From NCBI GenBank assembly GCA_002687935.1, contig NZBN01000007.1, positions 37,030 to 101,029 of the forward strand: a stretch of 64,000 bases of DNA, read 5' to 3'. Shown here piece by piece: positions 35,288 through 45,602 of this stretch. This stretch comes from Methanobacteriota archaeon (lineage in GTDB: Archaea > Undinarchaeota > Undinarchaeia > Undinarchaeales > Undinarchaeaceae). Position numbers and translations under genes: made by a program. Positions within the stretch are counted from its first letter, which is position 1. Every line of letters begins with the position of its first letter. The notes under the pieces were generated by a model. It was given only the letters and a program-made list of their open reading frames with translations. It did not search any database and was not told the origin of the DNA.

Positions 35288-36748
35288 ATGACTAAAATAG
35301 ATGAGCTTTTCAAGAAATGCACTGAAGGCAATGGAAAATTTGTCAAAGGAGGGGATCTTGCCAATTACATCAAGGAGCCCTTCATAATTTACTGTAATGA
35401 CTTTGCCCCGGAAGATGCTCGTGACAAACCGAAAAGATTTCAGGAGCTTCTGTCAGAGGCAGGAATGAAGCATGAAGCCGACTCAATAGAGGCTCAACAT
35501 CCTGGAATGAATCCACTCAAGTTTACAAAGGAAAGAGAAGGCTTCAAACTGGTGCTAGATGCTTTTTTCACAGGAAAAGAAGCCGTCGCAAATGGTCCTC
35601 TTATCTATCTTCCAGAAAATCTCATAGGTCGGGCAGATCTTCTTGAGAAAAGGAAAGGGGAAAGCGTTTTTGGAAATTATCATTATATTGTGAAGGAAAT
35701 AAAACTCGCCAAGAATCTAAAGCGAGATCACGTTCTTCAGGCAGCTTATTACAATCTTGTTCTTGGAAAAATACAGGGCTTTACACCTGAGGAATTTTAT
35801 CTTGTAAATCGAAATAACGATATTTTCTCTTACAAGTTTTCTGATTACAAATCAACACTCGAACTCGCTATTTCCGATGTCCTAAAAATAAAAACTGGCG
35901 AAATTATTCCTTCGGCAACATATGGCTCTGTAAAATATAACTGGACGACTTACACGAATAAGATAGCAAAGGAAGCTGATGACGTTTCACTTATCCCTGG
36001 AATCTCCGGGGCAATGAAGACAAAACTAAATTCTTCCCAGTTTTTCACAGTTTCCGATATAATGGAAGCCGATATTTCAAATTTGACAGATATAGAGGGT
36101 ATCGGAGACGTGAAAGCAAGCCAGTTCAAACTTTGCGCAGAGTCACTAAAAACCGGAAAGCCATTACTCAAGAACAAGGATGCAATAATTCTGCCAGATA
36201 CGAAATCTGAACTGTATTTCGACTTGGAGGGGACTGATGAAGTAACTTCTGGAGCCGAGCCCTTTGATTATCTGATGGGTATTCTTGAATCGGAGAATGG
36301 CTCTGAAAAATACATATCCTTCTTGGCCGAGACGCCAGACGATGAGGAAAAAATCTTCCGTGACTTCCTAAAGTACTTGGATTCAAAAGAAGATTATATC
36401 CTCTATCACTGGAATACCTACGAAGTCACTGCACTGAAAAAACTTTTTGAAAAGTACCAGGTTGATGGAACAAAGATTCTTAAAAGAATGGTAGATTTAT
36501 ACAGAGTTTCTCACAAATCAATTGTTTTTCCTCTCTACTCCTACTCTCTGAAAGCTATCGCAAAATTCTTAAAACCGGATTCATGGAGGCACGAAGATGT
36601 TGACGCTATGCAGTCGATTGTGCTCTACAAGGAATTTGTTGATACTGGGGACAGGGAAAAGCTCCAGAAAGTCATAGATTATAATGAAGATGATTGCAGG
36701 GCAACTTTGCTTGTAAAGAAGTATCTTGCAAATCTAATAAAACAGTAA
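35288..36748 (+). CDS. TM0106-family RecB-like nuclease with HhH and C-terminal RNase H-like domain
   Basis: GRADLL...EIK PD-(D/E)xK motif, HVLQAAYY, YFDLEG, YSLKAIA, YNEDDCRAT. Confidence 0.87.
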   Translation: MTKIDELFKKCTEGNGKFVKGGDLANYIKEPFIIYCNDFAPEDARDKPKRFQELLSEAGMKHEADSIEAQHPGMNPLKFTKEREGFKLVLDAFFTGKEAVANGPLIYLPENLIGRADLLEKRKGESVFGNYHYIVKEIKLAKNLKRDHVLQAAYYNLVLGKIQGFTPEEFYLVNRNNDIFSYKFSDYKSTLELAISDVLKIKTGEIIPSATYGSVKYNWTTYTNKIAKEADDVSLIPGISGAMKTKLNSSQFFTVSDIMEADISNLTDIEGIGDVKASQFKLCAESLKTGKPLLKNKDAIILPDTKSELYFDLEGTDEVTSGAEPFDYLMGILESENGSEKYISFLAETPDDEEKIFRDFLKYLDSKEDYILYHWNTYEVTALKKLFEKYQVDGTKILKRMVDLYRVSHKSIVFPLYSYSLKAIAKFLKPDSWRHEDVDAMQSIVLYKEFVDTGDREKLQKVIDYNEDDCRATLLVKKYLANLIKQ

Positions 36749-36807
36749 GCTTTATATATCACCTCAAGTAGAGTAAGGACACTACGTAATACTTGGAGGT
36801 ATTAGAG

Positions 36808-38451
36808 ATGACACAAATGACTGGACAACCAGTAATAGTTCTATCTGAGAATTCTAAAAGAACTCTTGGAAGGGACGCACAAAGAATGAATATTATGGCA
36901 GGTCGCATTGTAGCGGAAGCCGTAAGAACTACTCTTGGTCCAAAAGGAATGGACAAGATGCTTGTCGACTCGCTTGGAGATATTGTTATCACAAATGATG
37001 GCGCTACTCTGCTCGGCGAGATGGACATACAACACCCTGCAGCTAAGATGCTTGTTGAAGTATCAAAGGCTCAGGAAGACGAAGTCGGAGATGGAACAAC
37101 AACTGCTGTGATAATCGCAGGAGAACTTCTCAAGGAATCAGAGGCTCTTCTCGACCAGAACATACATCCGACTGTTATTGTACAGGGCTACAGAAAAGCG
37201 AATGATATTGCTCAGGAATTTCTGGCTTCAGCGGGAGAAAATGTTTCTCCAGATGATACTGGAATTCTAGAAAAAGTTGCTATGACTGCAATGACTGGAA
37301 AGTCAGCAGAGAGAGCAAGAGAAAGTCTTGCAAAACTCGCAGTTAAGGCTGTAACACTTGTTGCAGACGAGTCAAATGGCTCACTTTCTGTCGATCTTGA
37401 TAATATCAAGATTGAGAAAAAGAGTGGAGGCTCAATTGACGATAGCGAGCTTATAATGGGACTCATAATCGACAAAGAGCGAGTTCACCCTGGAATGCCT
37501 CAGTCTGTCAGCGGTGCAAAGATAGCTCTTGTTGACGCAGCTCTTGAGGTAAAGGAAACTGAAACCGATTCTGAAATCAGAATCACTGATCCAAACCAGC
37601 TTCAGGCCTTCCTTTCACAGGAAGAGGGAATGCTCCGAGATATGACTGACAAAGTTAAAGCATCCGGGGCAAAGGTACTCTTCTGTCAGAAGGGAATTGA
37701 CGATATGGCACAGCACTTCCTTGCAAAAGAAGGAATCTTCGCTGTAAGACGTGTCAAAAAGTCCGATATGGAAAAACTATCCCGTGCAACAGGCGCAAGT
37801 ATAATTTCAAATCTTGACGACCTTGACAAGGAAAGCCTTGGAAATGCCGGAAGCGTCGAGGAACGCAAGATTTCCGGAGACTCAATGGTCTTCGTTACTG
37901 ACTGCAAATCTCCAAAGGCTGTTTCTCTTCTAGTAAGGGGCGGAACTGACCATGTGGTTGATGAAGTCAAGCGCGCACTGGATGATGCAATCGGTGGCGT
38001 TTCAGCAACACTTGAAACTGGAAAGATAGTCGCAGGCGGAGGCGCAATTGAGATAGAAGTTTCCAAGACTATCCGAAAAGCTGCAGAGAAGGTCAGTGGA
38101 AGAGAACAGCTGGCAATAAATGCCTTTGCGGATGCTCTGGAAATTGTTCCAAAGACACTGGCAGAGAATGCCGGTCTTGATCCGATTGACAAAATGACTG
38201 AGCTAAGGTCTGCACATGACAAGAAGGGTCAGAACTCACACGGTCTTGATGTGTTCCTCGGAAAGGTCATCGACATGCAGAAGGAAGGTGTTCTTGAGCC
38301 TCTTAAGATTAAGACACAGGCAATTAAGAGCGCATCAGAAGCAGCGGAAATGATAATCCGCATCGATGATGTAATCTCTGCCAAGGAGCTTGGCAAGGGA
38401 GGAGCCCCAGCAATGCCCCCAGAAATGGGCGGAATGCCGGGCATGATGTAA
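36808..38451 (+). CDS. ths: thermosome (group II chaperonin) subunit
   Basis: [22 protein letters not shown] tail; SD GGAGGT. Confidence 0.98.
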   Translation: MTQMTGQPVIVLSENSKRTLGRDAQRMNIMAGRIVAEAVRTTLGPKGMDKMLVDSLGDIVITNDGATLLGEMDIQHPAAKMLVEVSKAQEDEVGDGTTTAVIIAGELLKESEALLDQNIHPTVIVQGYRKANDIAQEFLASAGENVSPDDTGILEKVAMTAMTGKSAERARESLAKLAVKAVTLVADESNGSLSVDLDNIKIEKKSGGSIDDSELIMGLIIDKERVHPGMPQSVSGAKIALVDAALEVKETETDSEIRITDPNQLQAFLSQEEGMLRDMTDKVKASGAKVLFCQKGIDDMAQHFLAKEGIFAVRRVKKSDMEKLSRATGASIISNLDDLDKESLGNAGSVEERKISGDSMVFVTDCKSPKAVSLLVRGGTDHVVDEVKRALDDAIGGVSATLETGKIVAGGGAIEIEVSKTIRKAAEKVSGREQLAINAFADALEIVPKTLAENAGLDPIDKMTELRSAHDKKGQNSHGLDVFLGKVIDMQKEGVLEPLKIKTQAIKSASEAAEMIIRIDDVISAKELGKGGAPAMPPEMGGMPGMM

Positions 38452-38464
38452 TATCCTGAAATCT

Positions 38465-38491
38465 GGGGCCTTCGGGCCCCCTTTCTTTTTT
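38465..38491 (+). terminator. GC hairpin with UUCG loop and U-tract after the thermosome gene
   Basis: GGGGCC-TTCG-GGCCCC followed by CTTTCTTTTTT. Confidence 0.75.
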
Positions 38492-38545
38492 CCCCACTCT
38501 TTAAAAGCAACATTTATATAGACTCTCCCTTTAAACCGAGTAGCC

Positions 38546-39124
38546 ATGGCGGAAGAGTCTGAATCATACGAAGTTGTTGCGTCAAGCCCTTATGACGAGC
38601 TCGAACGAAAGGAAGAGAAGCTCGAGCACGATATAAATGAAATTAAATCCGCTCTGCGCGGCACTGTCGGGCTCACAAAAATTGAATCACACGCAGACGA
38701 ATTCATAAAAAAAATGATGGGGCTCTTAGAGTCAACCCAGAGAATGCAGGAGCAGGTTTCAAAGTCAAATCAGCAAGTCGCTGAAAAAATCCAGAATGCT
38801 CTTGATTTGATGAATGAGACAAACCGTGGGCTTTCTCAGAAGCTTTCCAAAATACTTACAATATTCGCCGAAGCAACAGAGGCAATGGAAACCGAGGAAG
38901 AAGGCAGCATAAAGGAAGTTTCATCGGCTATCGGGGATATGAAATCTGCAATGAACGATTTCAAGGCACAAAACAAGCAATTATCTCAGACTCTCAATTC
39001 CTTAGAAATGTATTTAAAGAGACAGAGCGTAGCTCCCCAAAGAGTGGCAAGGGTTCCTGTGCCTGTTCAGAAACCTCAGCAGCCACGAAGGCAGTTGCCT
39101 CCCCCTCCACTACCTCCACAATAA
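38546..39124 (+). CDS. hypothetical coiled-coil protein with Pro/Gln-rich C-terminus
   Basis: Heptad-rich helical body; ends RRQLPPPPLPPQ. Confidence 0.7.
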   Translation: MAEESESYEVVASSPYDELERKEEKLEHDINEIKSALRGTVGLTKIESHADEFIKKMMGLLESTQRMQEQVSKSNQQVAEKIQNALDLMNETNRGLSQKLSKILTIFAEATEAMETEEEGSIKEVSSAIGDMKSAMNDFKAQNKQLSQTLNSLEMYLKRQSVAPQRVARVPVPVQKPQQPRRQLPPPPLPPQ

Positions 39125-39125
39125 T

Positions 39126-39329
39126 ATGACTACAAGAAAATCCCGTAAAATCGTAATCCAGATAACAATAATTCTGGCTTTTATATTCTCTCTAGTAATT
39201 GCCTATATTGCGAGAGGAACCGGTATGTCTTCAATGCTCTTAATTTTCATGGCAGGTCTTCAGGTCATTGTCCTGCTTTCAATATTATATGTCCTTGAAA
39301 CTGTGATCGAGATTATAGAGGTAAAATGA
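39126..39329 (+). CDS. small 2-TM membrane protein
   Basis: 67 aa, two hydrophobic helices, overlapping start/stop with the pilin gene. Confidence 0.6.
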   Translation: MTTRKSRKIVIQITIILAFIFSLVIAYIARGTGMSSMLLIFMAGLQVIVLLSILYVLETVIEIIEVK

Positions 39330-39823
39330 GATTTCCAAAATTCTTTTCAAGTAAAAAGGGAATAACTCCTATAATTTCGGTTATTCTACTTCTTATGATG
39401 ACTATAGCAATAGCCGGTCTAGCTTATACTTTCCTTCAGAGAATGCAGGGTACAATCCAGACTTCAAGCGAGAACACAAGTCTGGAATTGCTCGGTGGTC
39501 TTAATGTTCAGCTGAAAGTTGAAGGTTTTGTGGCAAATTGCTCAGCAAGCACAGATAAAGCAAACATCACAATTTATGTAAGAAATGCGGGAACGGAGCA
39601 GGCTGAGAAGCTTCAACTCTTTGTCGATGATGCTCTTCAGTCAAATATGGCGAATGATACACTCGCCGCAGGTACTGTAACTTCTTATAGCGGAGGCGTC
39701 TTGAATGATGTTTCCTGTTCTGAGTGGATAAACAAAACAAAAGAAGTAAGACTTTCTTCAAAAGAGACCTCTGCAGAGAAGCTCATAAAATTCACCTGCA
39801 CATATTCCAGCTACCTGTGCTGA
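39326..39823 (+). CDS. archaeal type IV pilin
   Basis: Class III signal KKG|ITPIISVILLLMMTIAIAG. Confidence 0.9.
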   Translation: MRFPKFFSSKKGITPIISVILLLMMTIAIAGLAYTFLQRMQGTIQTSSENTSLELLGGLNVQLKVEGFVANCSASTDKANITIYVRNAGTEQAEKLQLFVDDALQSNMANDTLAAGTVTSYSGGVLNDVSCSEWINKTKEVRLSSKETSAEKLIKFTCTYSSYLC

Positions 39824-40489
39824 ATGTCCTTTCATATTATGGTTTCCAATTACCGCTCTAGAAAAGGACAGTCTCCGGTTATATCTTCTGTCGTGATGAT
39901 TCTTGTTGTAACAGCTCTTGTTATACTGACTTTTAGCTGGGGAAAGGAAATGCTGGAAAGTCAGCAGGTTTCAGTCACGGTTACTTATTCTCAGGCAAAA
40001 CTTCTTGACATAAAAAACGCAATTCTTGAAGTTGGACAGGAGCAGATAAACTCAACTCGTATAGTTCGCATGAATCTTAGAATGGGCAGTTTATCTGTTC
40101 TGAATGGAAGTCACTGTTCCGGAGCTAATGTAAACAAGAACGCAATTTTATACAATCTTACGAACGGCAGAAAGCTCATAAATTCATTAGATTGGGTGTC
40201 AATAGATCCGATTGAGCCGAATATCCGTTGCTCTGCCAATCAGACTAATAGCAGTTCGGGGGTTCTCATTGCCAGACCCTTTTCAGTGGGTAACAGCTAC
40301 GCAAATTCCTTCATGATGTGGTTCAGACAGATAAATGACACAACTTCTTCAACTTCATATTTGATTAACATATCTCTTGGTGAAGTTTCCAGGATTTCTG
40401 GAACTTCTGCAACTGTCGTAGTAAGAAACATTGGCAGAGTCAATAGTAGTGGAACAATACATACAAATGTCCTTGTTGATCTCAGATAA
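39824..40489 (+). CDS. type IV pilin-like protein
   Basis: RKG|QSPVISSVVMILVV class III signal. Confidence 0.8.
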   Translation: MSFHIMVSNYRSRKGQSPVISSVVMILVVTALVILTFSWGKEMLESQQVSVTVTYSQAKLLDIKNAILEVGQEQINSTRIVRMNLRMGSLSVLNGSHCSGANVNKNAILYNLTNGRKLINSLDWVSIDPIEPNIRCSANQTNSSSGVLIARPFSVGNSYANSFMMWFRQINDTTSSTSYLINISLGEVSRISGTSATVVVRNIGRVNSSGTIHTNVLVDLR

Positions 40490-40530
40490 GACATCAAAAT
40501 AGATAAATAAGCGCTTTCTTTAGTCGTAAT

Positions 40531-40977
40531 ATGGGCTTCTCCAATCGTAAAGCTAGCACGGCCATATTTGAGCAGGTATGCTTTGCGATTATGGGCGTTT
40601 TCATCTTTGTAATGTTTCTAACAGTTTTTGGCGGAATAAAGGACGAGATGTCTGATTTTCAGGCAGGTCACCAGTTCAGAAATGTTGCTTCCTATGTCCA
40701 CCTCGCTATTTCTAACTCCTATATTTATGGAAGATATGTGGACAATTACTCACTCAATATAGAACTTCCTCCATATCTCGCAGGTCATCGCTATTTGGTT
40801 ATTGCAAATAACACCTCAATACTGGTCAGAGATGAATTCTATGACATAAATCGTACCCACCCTCTACTGAAATTTAACATTTCAATCAATGGAAGTTTCA
40901 GTTCAACAGCCGGAGGGCGGCATCGCATAGCTTATAATTCAACAGCCGGTATTATGGTATTAGAGGATATAGCATGA
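40531..40977 (+). CDS. minor pilin-like protein
   Basis: NRKA|STAIFE followed by a hydrophobic helix; operon context. Confidence 0.65.
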   Translation: MGFSNRKASTAIFEQVCFAIMGVFIFVMFLTVFGGIKDEMSDFQAGHQFRNVASYVHLAISNSYIYGRYVDNYSLNIELPPYLAGHRYLVIANNTSILVRDEFYDINRTHPLLKFNISINGSFSSTAGGRHRIAYNSTAGIMVLEDIA

Positions 40978-42893
40978 AGAACCTGACAAAGTTCCTAAAA
41001 CACGCAAAGAAGACATATCACTCCAGACCTGCTCCTCTTCAGATGCCTCCGGATGTTTCTCAAAAGAGAGCCGCTCCAAATATGCTTGAAATGTTACAAC
41101 CTGCCATCGATGCAAGGAACAAAGAGGCAATAAGCGAGGAAAGTTTTGATCGGATTTCTTCCGAGCTCTCCAAAGAGAGCAGCAGCGGAGCTTCTGAAAG
41201 TGAGCTTAAATCTCTGGTGTCTGAGCTTCTGAAACTTGCTCTCGAAAAAGAGGCAAAGACCGAGAGAGTGAGTCTTCCTGTGAAAGAGCTGCAGACAGAT
41301 TCCCGTGCAACATCAGACTTTTCATTGTCACTTCCTTCGAGTCCTGGTGTACAAAACAAGCCCGGAGTAAAAAAACAGAAACCTGAAAAGAGAGAATCCC
41401 TTCTTGGAATCAATATGACCTATCCTCTAATTTATCGTGGAGGGAAGGTACATGTTTATGCAAATATAAGATATGACCCACGAGCTCAGGGGCTTCTTTA
41501 CAAAGTAATAGAACCGGTTCTTACTCCACAGGAAAATGAGATACTCAAAAGAATAGAAAGCACTCTTGTCGAGGAACTTGAAGTTGATTTCGCCGCACTT
41601 AAGACACTTAAGGCTGAACAATATCTTTCACAGAAGCTGGATTCCGTAATAGCTTACTATAATTTCAGAATGAGTGAGAGAACCCGACATTTCATAGAAT
41701 ACTATATTCAGAGAAATTTCATCGGTCTTGGAAAAATAGATGCTCTGATGAATGACCCAAATATAGAGGACATAAGCTGTGATGGTGTCGGTGTTCCAAT
41801 TTACGTCTATCACCGTGACCAGAGATTTGGTTCAGTAAGAACCAATGTTAAATTTGACACAGAAGAAGAGTTGGATTCCTTTGTTATGAGGCTGTCCCAG
41901 AAATGCGGTCGTTCCATAAGTATAGCTGACCCCCTTCTTGATGGGGCTCTACCTGACGGTTCACGTGTCCAGGCTACCTTTGGCTCTGGAATTTCTATGA
42001 AGGGTTCAAATTTTACAATAAGAAAGTTCACAGCTGATCCTATGACGTGTGTTGACCTTCTTAACTATGGGACTGTAAATTCTGAGATTCTTGCTTACCT
42101 CTGGCTTGCTATAGAGCACGGCAAGTCCATCCTTATTGCCGGACCGACAGCTTCCGGAAAAACTACTATGTTGAATGCGCTGTCTCTTTTCATCAGACCT
42201 GAGCTCAAAGTAATTACCATTGAGGACACTCCTGAACTTCGTCTTCCTCATGAGAACTGGGTGTCTCAGGTTTCAAGAACCGGCTTTGGTCCTGAGGGAG
42301 TAAGCGGAAAGAAACTTGGCGAGATAGACCTCTTTGACCTTCTCAAGGCTTCTCTGCGTCAGAGACCTGACACTATAATTGTCGGTGAAGTGAGAGGTCG
42401 TGAGGCATATGTTCTCTTCCAGCAGATGGCCACAGGTCACCCTGGTATGAGCACAATTCACGCCGAATCTATGATGGCTGTGGTTAACAGACTCAGAACA
42501 CCTCCTATAAATTTGCCCCCGAGTCTGCTTCAGCACCTTGACCTACTTCTTGTTCTTACAAGACAGAGAATAAAAGGCAAGTACATTCGTCGGTCAAAGG
42601 AATTGGTTGAAGTTACAGGATATGATATAGAAAAGGATGTTCCAAAAACAAATACTGCATTTACTTGGTCAGCCGCCGCTGACAAATATTCCTATTATGG
42701 TAAAAGTTCAATATTAAAACGGGTTATGGAAATAACAGGTGGAACTCCGGATTCAATCTACGAGGAGGTAAAGAACAGAATGAGGGTGCTGGACTGGATG
42801 AAGTCAAAAAATATCAGGGACTACAGGAATGTTGGCAGAGTCATACACGAGTACTACCAGAATCCAAGCAAACTTCTCAATCACATAAAGTGA
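40974..42893 (+). CDS. type II/IV secretion (pilus assembly) ATPase, VirB11/TadA/ArlI family
   Basis: IEDISCDG, GPTASGKTT Walker A, TIEDTPEL, LRQRPD.IIVGEVRG.EA, GHPGMSTIHA. Confidence 0.95.
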   Translation: MKNLTKFLKHAKKTYHSRPAPLQMPPDVSQKRAAPNMLEMLQPAIDARNKEAISEESFDRISSELSKESSSGASESELKSLVSELLKLALEKEAKTERVSLPVKELQTDSRATSDFSLSLPSSPGVQNKPGVKKQKPEKRESLLGINMTYPLIYRGGKVHVYANIRYDPRAQGLLYKVIEPVLTPQENEILKRIESTLVEELEVDFAALKTLKAEQYLSQKLDSVIAYYNFRMSERTRHFIEYYIQRNFIGLGKIDALMNDPNIEDISCDGVGVPIYVYHRDQRFGSVRTNVKFDTEEELDSFVMRLSQKCGRSISIADPLLDGALPDGSRVQATFGSGISMKGSNFTIRKFTADPMTCVDLLNYGTVNSEILAYLWLAIEHGKSILIAGPTASGKTTMLNALSLFIRPELKVITIEDTPELRLPHENWVSQVSRTGFGPEGVSGKKLGEIDLFDLLKASLRQRPDTIIVGEVRGREAYVLFQQMATGHPGMSTIHAESMMAVVNRLRTPPINLPPSLLQHLDLLLVLTRQRIKGKYIRRSKELVEVTGYDIEKDVPKTNTAFTWSAAADKYSYYGKSSILKRVMEITGGTPDSIYEEVKNRMRVLDWMKSKNIRDYRNVGRVIHEYYQNPSKLLNHIK

Positions 42894-42894
42894 T

Positions 42895-43776
42895 ATGGCA
42901 GAGAAAAAATCATCATATGAAAAGTATGTAGAAGTTGCCAGCAGGCTTTTTAGGGATTTTGTTGAAAGAAAAATAGAGAAATTCCGCTGGATACACCCCT
43001 TCCTTAGGCAGGCGAATATGGGTATAATGCTCCGTGAATATGTCTGCGTAAGTTTTCTGAATGCTCTGATAACTCCGGCTATTGCCCTTCCAATAACTTA
43101 TCTTTACATAATTCTTCTTGGAAAACCCTTTCTTCTTGCCCTTGTACTTTCTTTGGCAGTTACCGTAGTTCTGACAACTGGAGTTTTTTTCGGGTCTCTC
43201 TATTATCCTCAGATGCTTGCTGCAGATAGAAAGAAGAACATAGAGAATAACCTTCCCTTTGCGACTTTGTATATGAACACAATAGCGGGGACTGGAGCTC
43301 CCCCCTTTGCTATGTTCAAACTTCTTGCTGATTTTAAGGAATACGGAGAAGTTTCCAAGGAGGCGCAGAAAATAGTGGAAGATGTTGAGATAATGGGGCG
43401 TGATATAGATGATGCACTTCATAAGGCAGCGGAGCAGACTCCTTCCAATCAGTTCAAAGAAATGCTTCTTGGAATTTCAACTACAATAGTCGGAGGAGGT
43501 AATCTCAGAGTCCTTCTCTCAGGAAAGTCAAAACTTCTTATGAATGCATACAGAAGGAAGATAGAAAAATATACAAATGAACTCTCGATTTACATAGAAC
43601 TTTACATCACTCTCGTCATAGTCGGCTCAATATTCTCAACTGTAATGCTAACTATAATGGGTTCAATCTCCGGTTTCGAAAGCTTTAGATTCCTCCAACA
43701 GGCGCTTGTCTACATCTTCCTACCAGTTGCCGGAATAGTCATGATAGGTCTACTAAAAATCGCTTCCCCACTCTAA
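42895..43776 (+). CDS. pilus assembly platform membrane protein (TadB/ArlJ-like)
   Basis: IENNLPFA..YM, YGEVSKE...IV.DVEIMG.D, T2SSF-like domain. Confidence 0.88.
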   Translation: MAEKKSSYEKYVEVASRLFRDFVERKIEKFRWIHPFLRQANMGIMLREYVCVSFLNALITPAIALPITYLYIILLGKPFLLALVLSLAVTVVLTTGVFFGSLYYPQMLAADRKKNIENNLPFATLYMNTIAGTGAPPFAMFKLLADFKEYGEVSKEAQKIVEDVEIMGRDIDDALHKAAEQTPSNQFKEMLLGISTTIVGGGNLRVLLSGKSKLLMNAYRRKIEKYTNELSIYIELYITLVIVGSIFSTVMLTIMGSISGFESFRFLQQALVYIFLPVAGIVMIGLLKIASPL

Positions 43777-44606
43777 TGGATATAAAAAATCTTTCAGTAA
43801 AAACACAGCACATTGTGCTCGGAATCAGCGGAGCTTTGGCTTTAATTCTTATGATTATTCCCTTTGCAGTCGGTCGAAACGATTTATTGCCTCCCGCCTT
43901 CAGTGTTGCGATTCTCCTTATCTTTCTTCCTTACTCGTATTTCTCATATACTTCACGGAAGGAAATAGAGGAAATCGAGGACCAGCTTCCGGCATTTCTC
44001 AGAGATATAGCAGAGTCAAGAAAGTCAGGACTTACGCTTCCTCAGGCTGTTTCAAAAAGTTCAAAGACTGATTATGGGGTCCTTAGCAAATATGTCAGGA
44101 AAATGGCCGTCCAGTTGTCCTGGGGGGTTCCCTTCATAGAAGCTCTAAGAAGATTTTCAAGAAAGTCCCGAAGTCGTTTCGTACAAAGGGCTATTGCAAT
44201 CATCATAGAAACTCAAATGAGTGGAGGGGCGCTTTCTGAGACGCTTGACGCGGTCGCGAATGACGCCCGTATAATTAAGGAAGCCGAAGCCGAGAGAAAA
44301 ACAAAGCTTCAACAGCAGACAGTAATAATGTATGCAATATTCTTTCTCTTCCTGATGATAGTTATCTCACTTCAGAAGCTTCTCGTTCCTCTTGTATTTT
44401 CACGCGGATTTACAATTGCCTCAATTGACCCTGAAGCAGTTCTTTCCTTCTATCAGGGAATATTTTTCTCAATGGTCGTTATACAAGCTATATTTACTGG
44501 CTTGATAGCCGGTCAGATAGCTGAGGACTCTGTAAAACTTGGTCTTAAACACAGCGCAATATTCCTTGTAACGGGGGTTATGGCATCATGGATATTCCTC
44601 TTCTAA
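43776..44606 (+). CDS. pilus assembly platform membrane protein (TadC/ArlJ-like)
   Basis: IEDQLPAFLRDIAE..KSG, DYG.LS, SGGALSETL. Confidence 0.88.
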   Translation: MDIKNLSVKTQHIVLGISGALALILMIIPFAVGRNDLLPPAFSVAILLIFLPYSYFSYTSRKEIEEIEDQLPAFLRDIAESRKSGLTLPQAVSKSSKTDYGVLSKYVRKMAVQLSWGVPFIEALRRFSRKSRSRFVQRAIAIIIETQMSGGALSETLDAVANDARIIKEAEAERKTKLQQQTVIMYAIFFLFLMIVISLQKLLVPLVFSRGFTIASIDPEAVLSFYQGIFFSMVVIQAIFTGLIAGQIAEDSVKLGLKHSAIFLVTGVMASWIFLF

Positions 44607-45115
44607 AGCAAGATAACGGACAGGGAAACCTAGGAGTTATTGTCGCGGTAGTCCTCCTAATAATAATGGTTATGTCGGCGACTATGTCAATTCTTGATAT
44701 GGCTCCTTCAGTGAAAGAATCCTCTGACCGCTTTGTTCTCCAGTCTAGAGCTCTCGATATAAGCAATCTTTTGCTGAATGACCCCGGACTTCCGGCTGAT
44801 TGGAATTCGGGCGATCTTCCGGACAGAATCGGACTTGCTGAATACAATAATTTTAGCAATTCAACTCTCAGGAACAAATTGGATTGGAAAAAAGTCCTCT
44901 ACATAAATGATACTATAGCTAATAATTACACAAAAGTGAGCCAGAACTTAAGCCTCGAGAATAGTACACGATTCTGGCTCAAAATGGAGGCTTCTGGACG
45001 TGTTTATCTTAATATGACCGAAGGCTACCCCTCAAGGCTTTCAGATGTTGTGGTTCTCACAAGAATTATGGTAATAAATCAGACAATAGTTAATGTGACT
45101 TTGATGGTATGGTAG
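44588..45115 (+). CDS. minor pilin-like protein
   Basis: G|QGNLGVIVAVVLLII, LL.DPG.P.DW motif, many N-x-S/T sequons. Confidence 0.6.
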   Translation: MDIPLLKQDNGQGNLGVIVAVVLLIIMVMSATMSILDMAPSVKESSDRFVLQSRALDISNLLLNDPGLPADWNSGDLPDRIGLAEYNNFSNSTLRNKLDWKKVLYINDTIANNYTKVSQNLSLENSTRFWLKMEASGRVYLNMTEGYPSRLSDVVVLTRIMVINQTIVNVTLMVW

Positions 45116-45116
45116 T

Positions 45117-45602
45117 ATGATGAAAAACAGAAAAGCGTGGATAAAATTAGTAGGTCTAGTCTTAGCCTCAGTTTTGATATTTGTTTCTATAATGTATCTG
45201 CAGTCTCTTCAGCTTACAGAAAGCAGTCAGCCCGGGGACTGGGGAAATGTTGTTCTTAATACCTATGCAAAAGACTCTCTTAATTCCCTCTGGAGAAGTG
45301 ACTTGAATAATGATAGTTCAAAAGATCTTGCTAAGTTTGTTATAAATCAATTTTGGACCAGTGACGAAGATCCCTTTAATCTGGAAGATGAACTGACTAA
45401 AATGCTTCCAGACCATCTTGGTTTCACATTTTACTTATATGACAATGGAACAATATCACATAAGGGAGGCTCTCTTGTAGGTCTACAACCTTCCACAAAA
45501 GAAATAGTCTCTGTCGGTAGAACAATCTCAGGTGCAAATGTGAATAACACCTGTACTGTCGTTCCTTGCTCAGTATATCTTGCAGTGTGGTTTATACAAT
45601 GA
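45117..45602 (+). CDS. minor pilin-like protein
   Basis: NRKA|WIKLVGLVLASVLIF N-terminus. Confidence 0.6.
   Translation: MMKNRKAWIKLVGLVLASVLIFVSIMYLQSLQLTESSQPGDWGNVVLNTYAKDSLNSLWRSDLNNDSSKDLAKFVINQFWTSDEDPFNLEDELTKMLPDHLGFTFYLYDNGTISHKGGSLVGLQPSTKEIVSVGRTISGANVNNTCTVVPCSVYLAVWFIQ

Noticed and set aside
35288-36748. Cas4/CRISPR association
   Set aside because: No Fe-S Cys cluster, no cas genes and no repeat-spacer array anywhere in the window
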